Assembly (NCBI GenBank): GCA_016872355.1
Contig: VGZY01000007.1
Coordinates: 4,216-68,215 of the forward strand
From: SAR202 cluster bacterium
GTDB lineage: Bacteria > Chloroflexota > Dehalococcoidia > Lucifugimonadales > VGZY01
Reading direction: 5' to 3'
Length of the DNA: 64,000 bases
Below the pieces are notes generated by a model, which saw only the letters and a list, made by a program, of their open reading frames with translations, made no database searches and was not told where the DNA came from. Below are positions 57,934 through 64,000 of this stretch, one piece after another; within the stretch, counting starts at the first letter, position 1; every line of letters starts with the position of its first letter. The position numbers were made by a program, and so were the translations under genes.

Positions 57934-59133
<1,200 letters not shown>

Positions 59134-59153
59134 TCCGTCTCTCCCATGTATTA

Positions 59154-59226
59154 AGCCCTCAACCAGATTCGAACTGGTGACCTCGTTCTTACCAAGAACG
59201 TGCTCTGCCGACTGAGCTATGAGGGC
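59154..59226 (-). tRNA. tRNA-Thr(GGT), CCA not encoded
   Basis: GCCCTCA TAGCTCAGTCGGCAGAGC A CGTTC TTGGTAA GAACG AGGTC ACCAG TTCGAAT CTGGT TGAGGGC T. Confidence 0.96.
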
Positions 59227-59263
59227 ATTTTGATTTTGATACCGGTCGTTCCAAAGAGTCAGT

Positions 59264-59351
59264 TGGTGGAGAGAGCAGGATTCGAACCTGCGTAGCGCTT
59301 CCGCGCGCCAGATTTACAGTCTGGTGGTATTAACCGCTCACCCATCTCTCC
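59264..59351 (-). tRNA. tRNA-Tyr(GTA) with long variable arm and encoded CCA
   Basis: GGAGAGA..CCAGA CTGTAAA TCTGG..GCAGG TTCGAAT CCTGC TCTCTCC ACCA. Confidence 0.96.
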
Positions 59352-59367
59352 GAATTGACAAGAAACT

Positions 59368-59397
59368 AGTTTAGCACAGCAATTCCGCCAAATCCAA
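59368..59397 (-). promoter_or_regulatory. Proximal promoter of the tRNA-tuf operon
   Basis: TTGGAT - 18 nt - TAAACT with extended TG. Confidence 0.5.
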
Positions 59398-59607
59398 GAC
59401 CGCCTCCCCGGAACGCAAAATCTTCCCTGCTCTTCTGTAACACTTGAAAGGGTTAACTACAGGAGCGGAAGATTGCCGTTGCACGGTCTCGGTTGGCGCG
59501 GCCGCCGTATTCCGGTGGCGCTCGCTTTGCGGTCAGTCGCTTGGGCGCGGGTGTGAGGTAAAACTCAACGAATACCAAAGCCGACGTCTAGTATCGGCCT
59601 ACAGGAC

Positions 59608-59636
59608 ATTCTATACGAACGCTCCCCGAAGGTCAA
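59608..59636 (-). promoter_or_regulatory. Distal promoter pointing toward tRNA-Tyr
   Basis: TTGACC - 17 nt - TAGAAT immediately after the speB stop. Confidence 0.6.
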
Positions 59637-59641
59637 CAACT

Positions 59642-60547
59642 TCAGGAATAGATGGTGGCGTAGGCCATCACCTTGTACGCCAGCTTCGCCGCGATGTAGG
59701 CGCACGACTCGGGACCCTCTTCCGGGGCGAGCTCGACGACATCGAACCCGACGATCTTCTTGCTCTCCCCTACCGCGCGCAGTATCCGCGTGATCTCCGC
59801 CCAGCTCAGCCCGCCGGGCTCCGGCGTCCCTACCCCGGGCATAAGAGCCGGATCGATAACGTCCAGGTCTATTGAGACGTAGACGTTATCGGGCAACGCG
59901 GACACGATGCTCGCCGCGATATCCTGCTGCTCGAGGGGAGCGTTCGGCCAGAAGAACACCGGTAGCGAATTGGCGCGTATGAAATCGCGCTCCTCGAAGC
60001 ATATCGTCCGCACTCCCACATGCACGGTCGGGACCATCTCGTTGATGCGGCGCGCCACCGAGGCGTGCCCCCAGGGAGCGTCCATATACTCGTCCCGCAG
60101 GTCAGCGTGCGCGTCAAAGTAGAGAACGGCCATGTCCGCGTAGCTGTCCTTCAATGCCCGGACGGCGCCGGTCGTGACGGTGTGCTCGCCGCCGAGCAGG
60201 CCGACCAGCCGGCCCGGCGCAGCGACAGCCCTGACGGCCTGCTCTACCCTGTCGACCATCGCCCTGGGGCCGCTCATGTCCGGCTCTATTTCCGGCGTGG
60301 TGTATATCCCCATGGCGGAAACGTCGCGGTCGAGCTCCAGGTCGTAGTCTTCCAGGTGGCGCGAGGCGTTCAGTATGGCGCGGGGCCCGTACCGCGACCC
60401 TCCCCGGTACGAGGTGGTGCTGTCGTAAGGCACAGGCAGAAGAACGACCCGGGAGTCGCCCGGGCCGTTATCGGGTTGCGCTAGGTCAAGAAAGGTGTGC
60501 CAATTTCTCGGCACACCTTTCAATAAGTCGCCTTTTTTTGGGGCCAT
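59642..60547 (-). CDS. speB: Agmatinase
   Basis: PYDSTTSY..G...GP, GGEH, DAHADLRD, SIDLDVIDP...PGVGTPEPGG. Confidence 0.93.
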   Translation of the reverse strand: MAPKKGDLLKGVPRNWHTFLDLAQPDNGPGDSRVVLLPVPYDSTTSYRGGSRYGPRAILNASRHLEDYDLELDRDVSAMGIYTTPEIEPDMSGPRAMVDRVEQAVRAVAAPGRLVGLLGGEHTVTTGAVRALKDSYADMAVLYFDAHADLRDEYMDAPWGHASVARRINEMVPTVHVGVRTICFEERDFIRANSLPVFFWPNAPLEQQDIAASIVSALPDNVYVSIDLDVIDPALMPGVGTPEPGGLSWAEITRILRAVGESKKIVGFDVVELAPEEGPESCAYIAAKLAYKVMAYATIYS

Positions 60548-60594
60548 GGCTGAACCTGTTTAAGGTCTGTTTATGGCGATGTTGCAGGCTTGCG

Positions 60595-60996
60595 TTACGC
60601 CTTTGCGGTCGCAGGGACGCGCGCGGCGGCCGCCTGCCTGGGGTTCTCGTACTCCAGCCCGCGCGGCAGCGTCCACGTCTTGACCTCGGACAACGAGAAC
60701 GTCTTTTTTACGTCGTCAAGGGACGCCTCAACGTCAAAGTCCTTGCACGAGAAGATATCGATGTTCACGTAGCCCCTGTCAGGGAACGTGTGGATGCTGA
60801 TATGGCTTTCCGCGATGATCACCACGCCGGATACGCCCCAGTCGCCTGGGGTTGGGCCATAGTAGGTGTACACTTGGGGCGGAATAATCTTCGTCATTTT
60901 GATGATGCCAGGATACTCATCCAGGAATCTGTGGACCAGTTCCTCGCTCTTGAGCTTTTCCGGATCAGCACCGTATCCATCAATTACCAGATGCAA
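60595..60996 (-). CDS. speD: Pyruvoyl-dependent SpeD-family decarboxylase proenzyme (AdoMetDC or arginine decarboxylase)
   Basis: HLVIDGY, GVSGVVIIAE-SHISIHTFP cleavage site, DIFSC; GGAGG RBS before TTG. Confidence 0.88.
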   Translation of the reverse strand: MHLVIDGYGADPEKLKSEELVHRFLDEYPGIIKMTKIIPPQVYTYYGPTPGDWGVSGVVIIAESHISIHTFPDRGYVNIDIFSCKDFDVEASLDDVKKTFSLSEVKTWTLPRGLEYENPRQAAAARVPATAKA

Positions 60997-61032
60997 CCCA
61001 GTTCCTCCAGCTATCACATTTGGTATGCAGAT

Positions 61033-61089
61033 ACGTGGATTCCACGTCAAGCAAGAGTCTAGTCTATCATTTCTTGCCACTCGAAGCAA
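61033..61089 (-). promoter_or_regulatory. speD promoter and downstream palindromic operator candidate
   Basis: TTGCTT - 17 nt - TAGACT (61089-61061) with TG extension; perfect ACGTGGA-N-TCCACGT at 61033-61047. Confidence 0.5.
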
Positions 61090-61105
61090 TGGATTTCATA
61101 GCACG

Positions 61106-61136
61106 AAAAATAAGAGCCCGGTATTCGCCGGGCTCT
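61106..61136 (-). terminator. Intrinsic terminator downstream of the tRNA-like RNA
   Basis: AGAGCCCGG CGAATA CCGGGCTCT TATTTTT. Confidence 0.85.
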
Positions 61137-61152
61137 ACTCGCGCGAGCTTTT

Positions 61153-61223
61153 CCAGGTATCCTACCGTTAGACTATACCGCGGATCGCTCCCCGGCAATG
61201 GGACTCGAACCCATGTCTCCTGA
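61153..61223 (-). ncRNA. Circularly permuted tRNA-like RNA (T arm, capped acceptor stem, D arm; open at the anticodon)
   Basis: TCAGG AGAC ATGGG-TTCGAGT-CCCAT TGCCGGGGA-GCGA-TCCGCGGTA TA GTCT-AACGGTA-GGAT A CCTGG; extended -10 TGaTAAGAT ends 6 nt upstream. Confidence 0.75.
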
Positions 61224-61381
61224 CCTACAATCTTATCACTTCTCTGCCCGCCTACCCTCACTGACCCTCCACAACAACCCTTGATGGATTTTTCACGATT
61301 CGTTCGTCCTTCTTCACGCCCCGTTTACCTCCAGAAGCGACGATATCCAGCGACAAGACTTCAACAGGAGGGATAACGTCG

Positions 61382-62428
61382 ATGCGCCGAATAGCAAGAC
61401 CCCTGATGGTCCTCTTTGTATTTGCTGTGATCCTTCTCGTCGCGTTGGTTTGCCAGGGCTCCGCCGCTTCAAGCCCAAACCGGCCGGCACGGACCGAGAC
61501 CGCGCAGCTGGTATCGCCCCCGCTGGCGCCTGACCCCATCTCCCGCAAGACGCCGGCGGTGGTCACCGTCAATCTCGAAACCACGGAAGTCACGCGGCGC
61601 CTGGCGGACGGCGTGGACTACCAGTTCTGGACGTTCAACGGCACCGTGCCCGGCCCGATGATACGTGTGCGCCAGGGCGACACGGTTGAGCTCACGCTGG
61701 CGAACAGCGACGAGTCCAGGGCCGCTCACTCCATCGACCTTAACTCCGTCACCGGCCCAGGCGGCGGGGCCGTCTACACGCAGGTCAGCCCGGGTAAGGA
61801 GAAGTCGTTCAGCTTCAAGGCGCTGAACCCCGGACTGTACGTCTACCACTGCGCGACGTCCCTGATTCCGCAGCACATCTCGAATGGGATGTACGGCCTG
61901 ATCCTGGTGGAGCCGGAGGGCGGCCTGCCGAAGGTGGACAAGGAGTTCTACGTCATGCAGGGCGACCTGTACACTAACGAGGGACGCGACGCTCAGGGGC
62001 TCCACACATTCTCCCTGCAGAAGATGGTGGACGAGAACGCGGACTATGTGGTCTTCAACGGCGAGGTCGGCTCCCTGGTCGGCGACAAGGCGCTGACGGC
62101 CAACGTCGGCGACAGGGTCAGAATCTACTTCGGCGTCGGCGGACCCAACATCACGTCGAGCTTCCACGTCATCGGAGAGATCTACGATGAGGTCCACATG
62201 GAGGGCGCGTCGGAAGGCACGAAGAACGTGCAGACGACTCTCGTCCCGGCGGGCGGCGCGGCCTGGGTGGACTTCAAGGTCGAGGTTCCCGGCACGTACA
62301 CGCTCGTGGACCACAGCCTGGGCCGCCTGTTGAAAGGCGCGGCGGGCCAGCTGGTCGTCCATGGCGACCAGGCGCCGCACATCTTCGCACCCATCGGCCA
62401 GGATGTGAGTGACGCCGCGGCCCACTAG
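61382..62428 (+). CDS. nirK: Copper-containing nitrite reductase
   Basis: Signal peptide; WTFNG.VPGP, HSIDL, YVYHCA....HISNGMYG, SSFHVIGE, LVDH. Confidence 0.9.
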   Translation: MRRIARPLMVLFVFAVILLVALVCQGSAASSPNRPARTETAQLVSPPLAPDPISRKTPAVVTVNLETTEVTRRLADGVDYQFWTFNGTVPGPMIRVRQGDTVELTLANSDESRAAHSIDLNSVTGPGGGAVYTQVSPGKEKSFSFKALNPGLYVYHCATSLIPQHISNGMYGLILVEPEGGLPKVDKEFYVMQGDLYTNEGRDAQGLHTFSLQKMVDENADYVVFNGEVGSLVGDKALTANVGDRVRIYFGVGGPNITSSFHVIGEIYDEVHMEGASEGTKNVQTTLVPAGGAAWVDFKVEVPGTYTLVDHSLGRLLKGAAGQLVVHGDQAPHIFAPIGQDVSDAAAH

Positions 62429-62440
62429 AACCAGTAATCA

Positions 62441-62476
62441 AAAAAACAGGCCACGTACGACGTGCGTGGCCTGTTT
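62441..62476. terminator. Bidirectional terminator between nirK and the VWA gene
   Basis: AAAAAACAGGCCACG..CGTGGCCTGTTT. Confidence 0.75.
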
Positions 62477-62501
62477 GTGATTTCATTTGAGCGGGGTTCC
62501 G

Positions 62502-64000
62502 CTACATCGTCAGCCGCTCGTACAGGTAGAGCAGGCGGCGAGGCAGGGTGAAGATGTCGTCCAGGACCTCGTAGCCCATGTCGTCCATCATCGTCTTCAG
62601 GTAGTCGTGGCCGTTCTTGTCCACCGTCAGGCAGAAGGACATGACGCCCTGGGCGCGCGCCTCGTCCAGCGCGGCCTTCGTGTCGTGGACGGCGTACTCC
62701 TTCTCCACGCCCTCGCGGCTGTAGCCGCGGTCCTGCGGGCGGCCGTCGCTGATCAGGAACAGCAGCTTCGTCTTGGCTGTGCTGTGCTCCAGCTTTGAGG
62801 CTGCGTGGCGTATCGCTGGCCCCATGCGCGTGGCGTGCAGCGGCGCGATCTTATCGATGCGCTTCTTGACCTTCTCGCCGAAGGTCTCGTTGATGTCCTT
62901 GATCGTGTAGAACTCCACGTTCTCGCGGCCGTAGCCGGAGAATGCGTAGATGCCGTACACGTCGCCGATAGCCTCCAGCGCGTGGGTGAGGAGGACGCAA
63001 GCCTCCTTCTCCAGGTCGATGATGCGCTTGTAGGAGCGCTTCATCCCGTCGCCGCGACGGTTGCGGAGCCACGCCATGTACTCTACGGGGTCGCTCGGCG
63101 CGTCCCAGTCGTCCGAGCCCTTGCGCGTCTCGTCGATGGCCTCGGCCGTGGACGCGCTGGTGTCCAACAGGAAGACCACGGCGACGTCGCGCTGGACCTT
63201 GTTGCGGCGCCAGAACAGCTTGTCGCTCGGGCTGGAGCCGGTCCTGATATCGACCATCGCCTCGATAACGTCGTCGATGTCGATCTCCTCGCCGTCCTCC
63301 AGCCTGCGCACCTTGCGGAACATCTCGGGCACCATCAGCTCAAACTGGCGGCGTATCTGGTCCACGAGCGCGCCGTAGCTATGGAGCGTCGTGCCATAGT
63401 AGGCGGGGTCGCCCTCCGCCATCGGCTTCTGCCGCACGATGCACCAGCGCGGCTTGTAGTCGTTGGCGCGGAAGTCCCATTCGTCGTAGACGAACGTCTG
63501 AGGCTCGTCAGCGTCCAGCGCGCCGCCGTCCTCGTCCACATGAGCATGCGGCACCTGGCCGCCCTCCGGGTTGTTCGGTGTGGCCGTGCCGGCCTGCTTC
63601 ATCAGGTTGTCGGTCATCTCCGCGCTGACCTTCTGCAGGTCCGCACCGTCCCCTTCCATGTCGAGCTCCGCCGAGTTCTTGAGCAGCTCCTCAAGCTGCT
63701 CCTGCGTGATCTCCTGCGACTCGCCTTCGCCGCTCTGCCCCTTCTGCATCCGAAGCTGGGAGAGTAGCTGCACCATCTCCGGCTTGAAGTCGCCGCGATA
63801 GTCCACGTCCTCGGAGGGCTGGTACTCCTGCTCCTCCGCACCCTTGTTCTGCGACTCGCCGCCCATCCCGTTCAGCAGGTTCTGCAGCATCTCTTCGAAC
63901 GACTGCTCCTGTTCGTCGTCGTCTCCCTCGTCGCTGGGATCGAAGTCCGCCCACTCGTCCTCGTCGATCTTCTCGTTAGGCACGTCGGCCAGGATGGCGT
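62502..64000 (-). CDS. NorD/CbbO-like VWA-domain protein, C-terminal part (starts beyond the window)
   Basis: YDEWD, DG.EID.D, LLDTSAST (MIDAS), TRMGPAIRHA, ISDGRP.D. Confidence 0.88.
   Translation of the reverse strand, partial: AILADVPNEKIDEDEWADFDPSDEGDDDEQEQSFEEMLQNLLNGMGGESQNKGAEEQEYQPSEDVDYRGDFKPEMVQLLSQLRMQKGQSGEGESQEITQEQLEELLKNSAELDMEGDGADLQKVSAEMTDNLMKQAGTATPNNPEGGQVPHAHVDEDGGALDADEPQTFVYDEWDFRANDYKPRWCIVRQKPMAEGDPAYYGTTLHSYGALVDQIRRQFELMVPEMFRKVRRLEDGEEIDIDDVIEAMVDIRTGSSPSDKLFWRRNKVQRDVAVVFLLDTSASTAEAIDETRKGSDDWDAPSDPVEYMAWLRNRRGDGMKRSYKRIIDLEKEACVLLTHALEAIGDVYGIYAFSGYGRENVEFYTIKDINETFGEKVKKRIDKIAPLHATRMGPAIRHAASKLEHSTAKTKLLFLISDGRPQDRGYSREGVEKEYAVHDTKAALDEARAQGVMSFCLTVDKNGHDYLKTMMDDMGYEVLDDIFTLPRRLLYLYERLTM

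Noticed and set aside
61153-61230. Reading the permuted element as a functional permuted tRNA-Tyr, because TTGTAGG precedes TCAGG and looks like an anticodon loop
   Set aside because: Those bases overlap the predicted -10 and lie upstream of the likely start; there is no long variable arm, the acceptor has a G-G mismatch, and no bulge-helix-bulge junction is visible.
61281-61297. FNR/Dnr box upstream of nirK (TTGAT...)
   Set aside because: The second half-site and spacing do not fit TTGAT-N4-ATCAA.

Overview
GC-rich bacterial chromosome segment. Gene content and style suggest Chloroflexota, possibly Dehalococcoidia/SAR202-like (inference only). Most of it is core and metabolic DNA: a hopanoid locus end (shc, yjbQ, hpnD-like), a dehydrogenase-FGGY kinase-aldolase operon, a suf operon with Rrf2 regulator and two SufU, ispD-ispF-cysS, secG-yvcK-gatB-pcm, tetrapyrrole genes, sodX/sodN, radC, an OSBS/NSAR-M20-LarA cluster, tRNA-Tyr/tRNA-Thr-tuf-rpmG-secE-nusG-rplKAJL, speD-like/speB, nirK and a NorD-like VWA gene. 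A small accessory patch at about 29.5-32.7 kb holds a convergent Type II restriction-modification pair and an ABC operon broken by a 114-bp TGT...ACA miniature element. The most unusual signal is an unannotated 71-nt circularly permuted tRNA cloverleaf at 61153-61223 (minus strand). It runs T arm, GNRA-capped acceptor stem, D arm, is open at the anticodon, has its own -10 and terminator, and sits upstream of speD-speB with no Ro/Rsr gene in the window. Other notable signals: two GACGTC sites in the methyltransferase promoter spacer, an identical 12-mer just after the -10 of both sufB and sodN, several enzymes with substituted catalytic residues, and REP and heptamer repeat families. All calls come from reading the sequence by eye; no searches were run.
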